The position numbers and the translations under genes are program-made. Positions 22,595-35,400 of a stretch of DNA of 64,000 bases are shown one piece after another. The DNA is from Daphnia carinata (Eukaryota), in NCBI RefSeq assembly GCF_022539665.2, contig NC_081331.1, positions 11,966,001 through 12,030,000 of the forward strand, read 5' to 3'. The notes beneath the pieces were generated by a model, which ran no database searches, was not told the DNA's origin, and saw only the letters and a list, made by a program, of their open reading frames with translations. The first letter of the stretch is position 1. Every line of letters starts with the position of its first letter.

Positions 22595-25500
22595 GTGTAA
22601 TTTTATTTACGCAATCGGAGTTAAGTGTTTTTCCTGACGGTGTTCTTAATTAACACATATGAAAAATAAAGAAATCAACAGTTAAATGTAATGTATTTGT
22701 TTGGTTTTTTTATAAAACATGCGTTGTTGCAGTTACAAGCTTTCACAGTTAGATTTGGGGTATGATTCATTGGATGAAAAAAATTGGCATTAAATTTGGT
22801 GACCCCAAGTAATTTTGAATTGAGCAACACAAATTAGGAATGTGGAGGCCAATATCTCACACGATTCCACCCTAGTAGGGTGACCCTACATTTGTCCTGA
22901 ACGCGTACTCAACATGCACATGAAAGGGATCGTCATCGTCTATTGCATATTACTACATTTTATTTGCCAAAATCACATACTTCCCTGCGGACATTGCATG
23001 ATAAGAGGGACGTCTATTGTCTCATCAGTTTGTTATCAAATGCCGATTGTTTTACCGCATTTTGCTATGATACTGTTTGAAGACAGCTGTTTTAGCAAAC
23101 GAACTTGATTTTACTTTCCTCTCGAGCTTATACAGCTGGAAGCTTATAATCCCGTTCTTTAGTTGGCTCTTTGTGAATCGATTCTCGGTTCAACTAGGCT
23201 CACAGGAACGCTCGGTTCCGCCATGCTCTCTAACAAGACAACTCTCTACAATACCATTATAGGGTTAAAGACAGCAAAAGCCAGTAGGACCTTGCCCCGA
23301 CGCGTATCTGACTTTGTACTATCAGCTCTAATTGGAAGCAAACATATCGAACCAGCCATAAACCCTTTCCTGTCTGGTGGAATGCCCTATTCAGTAAAGA
23401 ATCTTAAATGAATGCATGTCAACGCTTCATTCTGTGGTGGCGCCGACAGACAGGCCTGTGTTTCAAATTCAGATGCTTTTTCGGCAGTTAAAACCCTCTG
23501 CTGTAATTAACAATACGTCGAACAAACTATCAACAGCGTCTTGCGCCCCTATATGAGCCCACACAATGCAAGTGGCTCACACCTGAATAACCTTTGGTAT
23601 GCATCTAAAGGATTTTCACTATAAATTAAGAAATGCTAGAAACGTATTTGCGCGCACCGCACGAATGTTCATGTCTTTTCCTTTCAACTAAATCAATTTA
23701 AAATCGCACCATAATAAGATTTGGGATAACTAAAACTCCTACATTTTTTCTTTTACATTTCTTTCACGACTTTTTACGAAAAAAATGCAATTAAGGGCTC
23801 TGGTGAACGGCATTTTTTTTTTCTCAGTAGACGCATAAACTCTCAATTGCTTTTGTGTTCGAGTGCCAGTGGAGTGCTCGATTAACCGCGACTCCATTCT
23901 TCTTTCGATTGGATTCTAGGCTGCGAATCGATCCCAACACTTGAAGATGGGACTATCTACAAAAGAGAGAGGGGCAGAAAAGAACAATTTTAGGTCGCTT
24001 CTTTTTCTATATACACGTAAACCCTTTAGAAAACCAGCTGATTCACTTCTATCTAGTCTCTAGTGCAGATACGCGTAGCTGAATAGCTAGCGACGATCGT
24101 CTAATCCTATTTTCAAACTGGTCCCACCACGGAGACTAGCAGATTGGCCTAACCTTTTCCTCTCTGAAACGCATTGATGGCTGATGCCAAAGCCTGTCTG
24201 GAACATGCACTCATTTGTTGGAGAAAGCGGTGTGCGTGAATCAGCGTAAATGTTCGTCTTCCTTTTCTTCTTTTGAAGATTATTGGTGTATAAATTTGCC
24301 GGCGAGCTCTCACAGTGAGAAAAAGAGAGAAAGCGCACGTACATTTGGAAAGAAAAAGGGGAAGATACAGTCACCTTGGAAACACTAGTGAGTACGGATG
24401 TATCTGTTTCATTCAGGACAGTTGCTGGCACCAAATGTGTTCCATAACCCCGGCAAACGAGCACCGCGACTCGACGTTGCGTGCTTCTCTCGAAATAAAT
24501 CCGAAACATTTTTGTTGTAGACGGGGAAAGGCATTTTTTAAGCTGTGGAAGAACAGACTCTTTGACTAGGGATTTTTACATATCTTTTTTGTAACCTTTT
24601 CCTTTATGCAGTTGAGACATGTAGGCACAGACTTTTCCTTTCTTTTGCTAAACGAAGATGGAACGGATAGCACCTCTGCAGCCAGTCAAAAGAACTTTCA
24701 TTCGGATGTTTTGTCTTTCCGAGAGCGTGGGTATTTCCGCGTACAGTCGGGAAGAAATCAATACGGTGCTTGCTGAAGACAACCAAAATTCACTTGGATT
24801 CTGCATTGATACACGGCGTCTAGCAGCGTCCTTTTAGACAACAAAACCCCAATTTTTGCAATATCTTTTGTATATTTTGACGAGCATAGTGTTGCTGAGA
24901 GATACAGTACATATAATGCAAAACGATAAGAAATTCACGTTAGAAAAAGAACCGAGAAAGCTGCATATTTTTTTACTTTAAAATGCGAGGATGTCTAAGA
25001 ACAGAAAGATAGGAGGGACGAGTCGAATGAGTGAAACAAATAGCTGTTTTATTCCATCTGTGATTATTTCAAAAGTCGTTTTAGCTCTAACTTGCGGGAT
25101 ACCACATCACAGACCTTTTAAACCAGAAGAACCAGGTGATTGGCGTATTACGAATACCATGTAGAATATGAATTTTGAAAATTCAAGCCTTTTCTTCTAC
25201 ATTCTTTTAAATTTTGTATCAGAATTAAAACTTAATCTTCTGTGCCCATCAGCTACGCATATCTTGCCATCGCTTGTGACATTTCGCCCTATATTGTTGG
25301 ACGCAATTGTCCCTTTAGTCTTTTATAGCCACATCCCAATGTATACCACATCAAACTGTCTCGGTTCGTCTCCTTTGGCCGAAATCCCTTTAAGAAATGG
25401 TAGGCTGCAAGGAAGCGAACGAACGTTCGAAATCATTTCGCATTCGCAATGCAAGTGTATTCGTATCAGATTTTTGAATCCTTGCGAGCGAATAATAGTA

Positions 25501-25947
25501 CAGGCGATCGCACGACGTCAGCGCACCTCAATAGGCGATTAACATTCGACACCCAAATGGGTAAACAAAGATGAACGGATGGGCGTGTGCTTTGAAGAAA
25601 TGATAGTAAGGAACACGTATGTACACGCAGCGTGCAATTTTTTTTCGAGACTATTATTACAAACTAAATACAGACGGAATGTGTTGTACACACAGAGAGA
25701 TGCTTGTTACACAAGCGTACGCATACATACTATATATCATATACAGCCTCCAAAACATCCGTTGCAATAGTGGCACATGGGAAAATATCAACCGGGAATA
25801 CATCGGATCGAATGGCATACGAAATACATGTGTTTGTATTAAATGGAGTACAATAATATATATCATAATTTTTTTTAATCACATGAAAAAAAGAGTGTAA
25901 ATAAATTTCAAAAATCCATGGAAACAGAACGTAATTTAAAATGCCTT

Positions 25948-26405
25948 TTAGAGGAAATCTTTATCCGGTGGAATGGGACTAGAAAGGTCGTATCGGACGT
26001 CGAGTATAGTTCTATCTGGTACTTGTCCGCTCATTTCCGCCGACGGCGACGTGATCGTGACGTAATCACAGCACCGCTGTCGCTGCAGGGTACCTACGCC
26101 AGCCGTTCCACCCGGAGCGATGCCTATTACTCCGCTGCCTGACTTTAAAATCGTTCCAGAACCATTGCAAGACGAAGGAGGCGTCTGCAGGAAGAGCGTT
26201 TCGCAATCGGTCTCTCCCGGAGTGTGACTCCGCATGATACTTCCATTGACGGAAGTCAACATGCTGTGTGATACATCACTGACAGAACGTTGGACATTAG
26301 CGCCGGCCTGATGCTGGGCCAGCTGCTGCTGTCGTCGACGATCTCTGCGATAGTAGAGGCCGGCGAACGTGAGCACGTTGAGGATGAGCAGGGAACAACC
26401 GATGG
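25948..26405 (-). CDS. Nlg: Neuroligin last exon (TM and cytoplasmic tail)
   Basis: [28 protein letters not shown]...PIPPDKDFL*; the 5' boundary is inferred from TM conservation and is preceded by CCG rather than CAG. Confidence 0.8.
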
Positions 26406-29400
26406 CGGTTTTATAATCGTGAAAGTTTGGAATCCGGTTTAAATAAATTTGTTTTATGTAATGGAATGAATGGAATGTTTACCTATTGTGACGCTTAGGG
26501 CTGTTGAATAGACAGTTGAATCATTGGTCATTGAGCCGGAACCAGAATTTCCGGTCTGAGTTGACTGTGATGACGAGCTGTTGTTGACGTTGGTCGTGGC
26601 ATTTGAAGTCGATGGCGAAGCGGTCGGGGTGTGTGGCTGTGGGATAACGCAGGTGACTTCTTTTGTTCCGGCAGTCCGTTCTTTCGTGACGTCGACATAA
26701 GAACCGTTGACCCATGCCGGAAGAGATAGAGCAGATCCAGTTCCGGCTGTTTCCAAACCTTCGGGCGTCAGAATTCCGTGCCCTTGCTGGACGTCGTGCT
26801 GGCCCGTCCGCTGCAGTTCCGGCAGCAATTGCAGCAGGACAGCCATGCGGTGAGCCCGATACTGGCTTTTCATTTTCGGTTTGGATCCTGTTGCATATAT
26901 GCAAATAGCATTATATCATCATGGTTGAATACTTAACGTAATAGGATATTGTAATACGGTTCATTTAAGTTAAAAATTGAATTCTGTCTGTTGGTATATC
27001 AAATGAGACAGCCACTTGGTCTAGATTGAAGTTTAACAGCGAGCAAACCCATTCATGAATGCATGAAGCTCTACAGCTCACACGAGCAAAAAACAGTTAA
27101 TTTGAATAATTGCATTATTAATGCCAATTAGCCTAAAATTTCAAAAGTATCTCTAGGAATATGTAACACAACTGGCTGAAATCAAAGCTACCAAATGGCA
27201 TAACCCTCCATCCTAATGTGTAATGCAATAATGGCCATGTAATAAAAAATTACCTATTTCCATGTATTTTCTCTGTTTCTTATCGTATGGTTCCCAAACG
27301 ATGCTCTTGAAACGATTGCGTTCTTTACAGAGTCGAAGTTTTTCGTCTTGCGGCTCGTTCGGATTCCTGCGGACAAACGAAGACATGAGATTTTGGACAA
27401 AAGATCGTTAAATTCATTCATTATTTCTTATTGGTTCAATGCACGTCAAGAAAGAGCGAATGCATAGCTAAAAACTAAAGAATAAAATGTTTGATAGATC
27501 AAAGAGCTAACCATGCATTTTGACAAGAGTTTTTCTTATTGGCACATCAGCACTTTCCAAAGCTGTTTTCAAACTTTGGTTGTTTAGCTGCTGCCTGTCA
27601 CGAGCCAAACTTTGCAATCATGCGCATCGATGCCATTTTCGTAATGGAAAGTTGACTGTAGAGAGCCCCAGTATTATCAGTATGAAAACACTTAGATCTT
27701 ACTAGAGTGTAAGCAAAATTTGACCCGTTCTCGGTACTCGTAAAAATCGTTGCTAGACAACCGTTCAACTTAAGCGTAGGACGGTCATCAACGGGCAAGT
27801 TGTGCCATTTGGGCACTGCAATCGGAACAAGTACATAACAGCCTATGACATAACTTATTCGATCGAACATACACTTTTAATTATTGCCGTCGTATAAATT
27901 GATCATTGATGAAATTTAAAAAATGTTTAATCAGAAAATTGTTTAGCCCTATGCGCGACTCCCGTTCAATAATTGGACTTGTCTTTTTTCGCATTAGGTT
28001 GGCGTCATGGAAAAGAAGACTCATATCTTCCTTTTTGTAATCACACACAAACGTTGAAAGTGTCGTGCTGTGAGATAGAATGAAAAAGTGATGCTAGCCG
28101 TGAAATATTGTCGTTATTGCGTCTCATCTTATCGATTTCCGACTGACAAATTTCGTTTTTTCTCTTATATTCTTAGCACGTCGCTGGACGCATAATACGT
28201 GTCTAGGCTTATATTCTTCTTCCCTTCGACTGCGGCAAGGATTGTTTGCTACGACACTGTTGTAATCCGTGTTACGTGGTGGAGAAAGAGTCACAACTTG
28301 GAGGCATTGAAACGAAAGATTCCCCATTTCTCAGCGAAGTGATGGATGACAACAACCCAAGGAGTGTAATCCCGGTGTAATCACAATAGAAGCAAGCTTG
28401 CGTGTATGAACATGTAGGGCCTATTCAGTCTTACTGTGAACAAAACTAATGCATTCTCGACGTCAGTATAGATGCATTGCTTTCACTTAACCTTTTTTTC
28501 TTATTCAATTTAGATTTGATATCATTTTTACCTTCCTGTAATTGTATAGTTCGAATGGAACGCAAGACTTACCCAGAACGAGCGAAATTGGCGAATAGAG
28601 TCATGATGGCTTCCGAATAGGAGGCATCCTGCTTACTGGAGTAATTACGGTTGTATGGCTGTTGCTGTGAGTAGCCCCCTGCTGAAGTAAATAGTCCATT
28701 GGTCGTCAATAAGGCCGATCCGAGTACTAGCGACAACTCAAAGCCGTGAACAGCTTGCGGTCTCTGTAAAAATCAGCAATAGGGTTATGTTATTATCAGC
28801 ATTGATGTTATTATTACAATCGCAAACACGAAACAAAAAAAGGGAGGGGGGAGGGGATAAATGCCAAAGAGTTAAAAAACCCTGATAGACTTATGTTTTT
28901 TTTCCTTTCGCTGTGTTGCTGGCCAGAAGCTTTGACCTTTTTTCCTTTTACCGTCTTTTTTCAAAGAGGGAGTGTAACTCTCATTTTTAATTAAACAACG
29001 TCAACGCGTAATCCACCTATCGCTGACAAGCCATTATAGCCTTTTCGTGTGCGTTTGCGTCTGTATAAATTTTGTTATTCTATTCGTCGTACCCAACATT
29101 TATTGAGCATCACTGACGTTCGTATGTTCGCGCAGCAGTTAAGCAGGGATGAACTTACGGTGCTCATTCTATCGTCCGAAAGGCCAAAAGGAAACGAGAA
29201 TAATAAAAGAGCTAAGCGTATACAGCACTTTAGAGGTCGTCAATGACGGCCATAACTTACTAATGACCTGGGCTAGGTCCCTATGAAAATTGGCTCTCGA
29301 ATGTTGTGCTTAATTTCAATGACGTCTAGCTATAGCACAGCGCATGTTTTACTACGCACTATTCGCAGTCTATTCGTTTTTATAACGACCCAGACCTGAG

Positions 29401-32400
29401 CTACCATCAGGTATAATGAAACAAATAAACGAACGAAATAAAGCGCATTAGTTAGACCGCATTTTTCAGCGCAGAGGAAAGAGGTGCCTATCCAACATCT
29501 GCATTATATGCGAAAGTGCCCGTACATTCGTAATAGACGCGCCTCACTTAACTGTTACATAACATTTATCTTCTACGTCACGTTGCATTGAGAAAAAAAG
29601 ACAGAGTAACAGTAAAAAATAGTAAAAAAAAAGGACAAACTTAAATATGCATGTACTCTGCACACACGTGCAGCGCAAAGCTAAAGAACAGATGGCGACG
29701 ACTTCTACGCAGGCAAATACAACCGGCTCGTTTCAAGTTTGGCTACCATTAAAGTTGCTATATGTGTGTGGCTTCACTGCTAGACGACCAAGGATCTTTC
29801 GGTTGGTCCCTCGGTTCATTATTCGTACCATTACAACAGCGTGCAGTTTGAACACACACACACAGAGAAAACCAGTTAGTTTGACAGGCTACACGCGGTA
29901 GAAAGAAGGAGGAAAAAAAAGGTTCTATTTTTAAGTGGAAAGCGTTGACTATTGAAGTGCCAAGTTTTCATCGCTGGCGATGTCTGTAGTCCCCCCCCCC
30001 CCCCGCACGAGATGGAATTGCGGGGGAAATTGCGTTTCATTCAGCGGTTACTCGTTTTACTTTGGACCTTTTCTCTTCGTATACTTCAGACTCGTAGATC
30101 GGGACTTTACGAATAAACTTTACTAATTGAGACAGTTCAATTCTGATGAGTCGCGATCTTATGTCGTCATAAATGACATTATAAAAAAAACGGTCCTTTT
30201 TACGCGCGATACTCTTTTTATTGCTTTTTTTTCAAAAATTTTGCGTTTGATATCGTGGCCAACATTTCGCTAAAAATGACTTGCCGTTACTTGGCTGAAT
30301 GCACTTGAATCGCAACAAAAAAAAATGAAAAATAATAATATAGACATACATAAACATGAGCTGCTATAAGCATCGTAGAAGCGAAATATTGCCAATAAGG
30401 AAGAACGTCATGGCGAACTTTTCCAATTTCCCATAGCGCCTTGTACATTCGCTCTTCGATCCATAAAGGGTTTATGCAAGCGTGTACCAAAAACTGGCTC
30501 ATTCCGAACAGAATCGAACCATTAAAATGAAATAAGAAACGTTTTTTTTTTCTTTTTAAATATTCAAAGCGTAGACTATGAAAACTCCAAACCTCCTGTC
30601 ACGCCTCATTTTATTTTATTTCCCTTTTTTTCCGGTGGCAGTAATAAACTTGAGGTACTTAGAGCAATAAAACTCAAATTTTTGCGCTATTCCTTGATCC
30701 ATTTTTTTTCGTTCACGTGTAAGCTGAACAGGATAGGGCTCTACAATTGCATTTAAATGAAGAAAACACAAAAGTAAAAGGAATTGATACAAAAAGGACA
30801 ATTACCTGAGTAACGGTCGGATCGATGATGTAAAAATAGCTGTTTTTATCCGGCGAAGTGAGCGTGTCACCTAAGAGGATGGCTGGAGCTACATACTGGC
30901 CATCGCTTAACGCCTCCACTGTTGACTCGCGAATGCTAATAGGATGCTGTATCGTCCGTTCCCAGTCCGTATATTCGTTGACGAGTGTCAGGAAGATTTC
31001 CGTCTGGTGGTAACGGTAAGTGTCTGCAACGAATGCGCGGAGCAGCAAATCGCGTTCGACACCATCCAGACCTTGTTCGCTAGCCAATTCTGAAAGTTGG
31101 AAAGCGGATTCGAATCCGGAGACACCAAACAAACAATCGTAGGTTGGTCGGCCATCTTCACTTCGCTTCCTCGGGCCTGGCGATGATGACGCGGGCGACG
31201 AAAGATGTTGACCGCGGATCACAACGCCGTCGATACTCGGCCCGAATGTGGTGCGAAATCGACGGAAAGCGCCCGGTCGTCCCACTTTCGCAGCCGCCTG
31301 TTCAATCCTCTCCAATGGGGCGTCACGCATGCAATTGAGGATCGTCTCGGAATCGCTACGGTCGCCCACCAAGTGGACGCAGTCGGCTGCTTGAGCCACT
31401 TGAAGTGCCACATCGTTGGCGTCGTTTACTAAAGCCCAAGAAGCTAAAGCCGAACCGGACATCATAATACCACGGTGAAATAAACCTGTAAAAAAAATCA
31501 AAGAAAATCAATGAATATAAGACAAGAAAGAAAAAAACATGAACATAATTTTTTACGAAACCAATAAAAATAAAAACGAATATGGGGAACAATTGATATG
31601 CAACAGAGACGGGCAGCAAACGAGTTACCCACATTAAGATAGTCTGTATTATAGCCTTACGAGTGCGCACAGTTCACAAAAATAGAGTTACGAAGATGAG
31701 CTGCAGTTGGGCAACTTTTCCATTCCAAAGAAAAAAAAAGGGCAATCCGTGATTCCATGACGAAGTCTATATTACTGAGCGTCAATAATCCCATTAAAAG
31801 TTGGCTGCAAAAGGAAAGGAAAAACGGATTCATGTTTCGCAGTCAGAATTCATAATGAACGTATCAGTGACGCTACCTCCACACAGTCAAGCAGGATTAT
31901 TTTTTTTTTCTCTTAAGACCTTAGCAACAAGACGATAAATGGATATTAAGATGGGGTCTACATTTTTATTACGGCTAGCTATAGTTCTTCTCGCCTTGTG
32001 TGCATCGGTTAACCACCGCCAACCGTGCGGCCTGATCTCTTCTATGGATTTACGCGTCCCTCCTTCGCTCAGATGGAATAAACTACATAACATCCTGTGT
32101 GCGATGCGGAAACGAGCGGTTGTGGTGCGCTGGCACGCACGTAGATAAGACAAACGTCTTAAAGGCGCTATGCTGGGTATAGTCTTTGTGCTTAAGCCAA
32201 CACGTCCAGCCCCATACATTGGGACGCACAGTACAAACATACATTGTCAAAGGCAGGGCTAGGATGAGAAGCGAATATCCGGCAGCGCCTAAATCACAGG
32301 AGGCCGTCAAGTCAACCGCGGGAAAGGCCCTGAAGAGCAGTAATGAACACCCCGTACATCACACGGAACTTTGGTCGCTCTTCCCTTTTTGCTATTTCAC

Positions 32401-35400
32401 TGCCTTATTTGTGAGGGCGCTTTGTTCCCGAATATCGTGTACGGGGACGGTGGTTGCGTCAGCTAGGATTATCTCGAGTCTATATGTGTACACAGGAAAC
32501 ATTACTGTTTGTTTGGCCCATTCAAAAAAGGAGGAAAAGCTATTTGTTTTCGTTTTTTTTCTTTTTTTTTCATCTTTTTCTTTATTTAGGTTTGTTAATT
32601 CAAATGTGTTTTTAGTTGAGCATAGGGTTTTTTATATCAGGTATTTATTCGTCTTTGTCACGTGATATAAGATGCGCGGCTGGTGGTTGCAGATTGATCG
32701 CTTAGGGTGTTTGCTGTTCAAGGATTCGGAAGCGAAAGGTCGTCGTTACATCGCCAAATATGCTTTTGTAGTAGCTCGTTTTCTTGCATTTGCCTGTAGG
32801 CTATAACCTTACCTAAAAATAACGTGAAGTGAACAACATCTGTGAATGACCATCAATCTCTGCCGCATTGCCCTTTTCTATGTCTATAGAAGGATGATCT
32901 ACGGCTATTAGCTCGGTCATCTGATCGGTTGGTATAAATAAAGAATTGCTTCGCATGCGTATTCTGACGGCGAATGCCAGTTGGTGGGGGAACCAATCAA
33001 TACGAAACCCAGACAGTACAAAGTGCAAAAAAAGAGGGAACCGGGGTTGGCTCTTTACAGTCACAAAGTATATGGTTTGTACCACGCCTTGATCGAGATC
33101 GATTCGTCAAAGCTTCCATGTTATATATAAAAGAGAAAAGGAAAGAAAACTTTTCCAATTAGGTTAGCACATTTTTTTTATTTTCGTTGCTGATTCTGTT
33201 TGTGTGTTTTGGATTCGAGCTGAAACAGAATAGACAGCGACCAATTGCATCCAGCGCCAGCACTCTAACTTCGATTCTGGTTCCAAGAATCGAATAAATG
33301 GAATAACAAATTCGAGGCTAGATTACATATACCCTTCCAGCTCCTACGGATCTCTACACCGAGACTTCATATGAAAAGTATTCTATTTTTGCATTGTTTT
33401 TTTTTATTCTTTTATTCACGGGAAGCACGAAAGGTAAGACTGACATTGGCAAAGCGCCGTTGTAACGTAGCGTATATTATTAGCTCGCGTTTCTAGACTT
33501 TTATGATACGCATGAGTTGAACTATTCGAACTTGAAAATGTTCTGGTAACCACACCATGGTGTTATAGTAGAAAATGATCGATCACCGACAATCAGCATT
33601 TTTAAAATGTAGAACTGATACGAGCAAGCTGGAAATGGCTGAATAGGAAACACAGGCAGAGACGCAGGGTTTCTGATGTTGCGAAAGAATTTCTTAATAC
33701 CATTAAAAAGGGATTTCTTCAATCAATTTGAACGTAGGCTACATAAAATCGCCACCCATAAGTAGTGGTTTCTATAAATAAATTTTAGAAGAGAGATCAC
33801 CCTTTCATTTCCTCTTCCTGCCAATTTACTTTTCACGAACGTTTTCTAGTTCAACAGCCTTAAAATGGCAACTTACTCTTACCAAACACGGCAAACAATA
33901 TCTTCTCACATCTAGAAGAATTTAAAGCTGCTTCAGGAAATATCTTTAACTCATTTCCCCGTGTGCGCATTAATGCATGCTAATATTCAACGATGTGGGA
34001 CATGTTTAAACACGCTGATTCTTCGAGATAAAATTATAAAGAAGGTTCAAAAGCTGATGCCATTCGCAAGCGGCATAGTAAAGAAGGTAGTACACGGGGA
34101 TTGATGATGCCAACTGAACCGCTTGCGCTGCTATTCCAGTTTTAAAAAGCAGCCGCAAAAAAAGCGGCAGTGTCACAGCTTGTGTACATATAATAAACTG
34201 AAGCCTATTCCCTTTCTTTGTTGAATCAAGTGGCTCGTTTCGGCTACCGGTACGCGGCGAAGGAGCCTCACGAACAAACACAACAGCCTTTCTTTTACTA
34301 GGCGCAAACACGGGGAGGATGAAACGAAAGAAAATGTTTTTATCGATACAAAACACTCTACAGCTATTTTAGAATATTGGGATGGTCGGAGAAAGATGAC
34401 TCGTATCTATTTATCGATGATCGATGGCGAAATGAGATGTTAGGTTTTCCTCAAGTTGTGCCTAACAGATAGAAAACTGTGGAAGAAGTTAAAGCGCGAA
34501 AAGTTTAAAATTAAATGCTTAGAGGCTTATCTTTTTTAAAAATATTTATTATGTAATATCAGCTTACGTAAGCCCATCAGCTAATTTATATGTTTTTTTC
34601 CTGAACAGCGATGATAGGCGTTAACAAGAGCTTGCATTAAACATTTTGAAGCGTCGCCAATTAAGCCCCTTCCAAAGTCAAATGCCATCTCAACGCACAA
34701 GTAAAAGAAAAGAGATGATGAGCTTTATTCCTTTGAAACGTGTCGACGAAGCGTTGCTTTTATTAACTGAACTATATAGACCTTGGAATAGATTCCTTTT
34801 TTTTCTCTATTCGTCTTTTCTTTGCTATGCCTAAGAAAAGAACGGCTTTTGATTGAAATAGGAGGGAGACAATTGAGGGTAAAAAAAAAGTAAAATGCTT
34901 CGAAAAAAAAGAGGGCTGTCTCTGCTATTCGTTTTCTTGTTGTGGATATATCTAAAGAGGGACTCACCGCCACCACTTCCCTGCTCTCTATCACTTTCCG
35001 CTTAAGTAATGAGGACCAAAGGGAAATCAAGCGAGCGGGCGGAATAAGCGGCCTGGCGTCTGTGGCCCGCCCTACTGTGCCTATATAGTCCTATAGTTTA
35101 CATCAGGTCTACGTCCTTTATTTTTTTAAAAGCGACAAAAAAAACCAATTATGAACGCGTGGCAAAAAGCTGCCGGGCGTCAGACATCGTGAAGTCAACA
35201 AGAAATGACGTTTCTTGATCTCAGCAGCGCTTTTTTTCTTTCTTCCAATAATAGTTGGGTTTTTTTTTCAGTGCCCTTTCTTTGCTTCTCCGCCCCACAG
35301 AACACTCGAGAAAATTAGAATTCAAATTCTTAGGTGCCAATCTCAGACTTCATAATGATTCTTCAGACTGAATAAAAAAAAAGGAGAAAACGATTCCAAC

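Noticed and set aside
26406..26486. U12-type AT-AC reading of the odd neuroligin intron
   Set aside because: There is no ATATCCTT 5' consensus, and an AT...AC junction here would break the reading frame.
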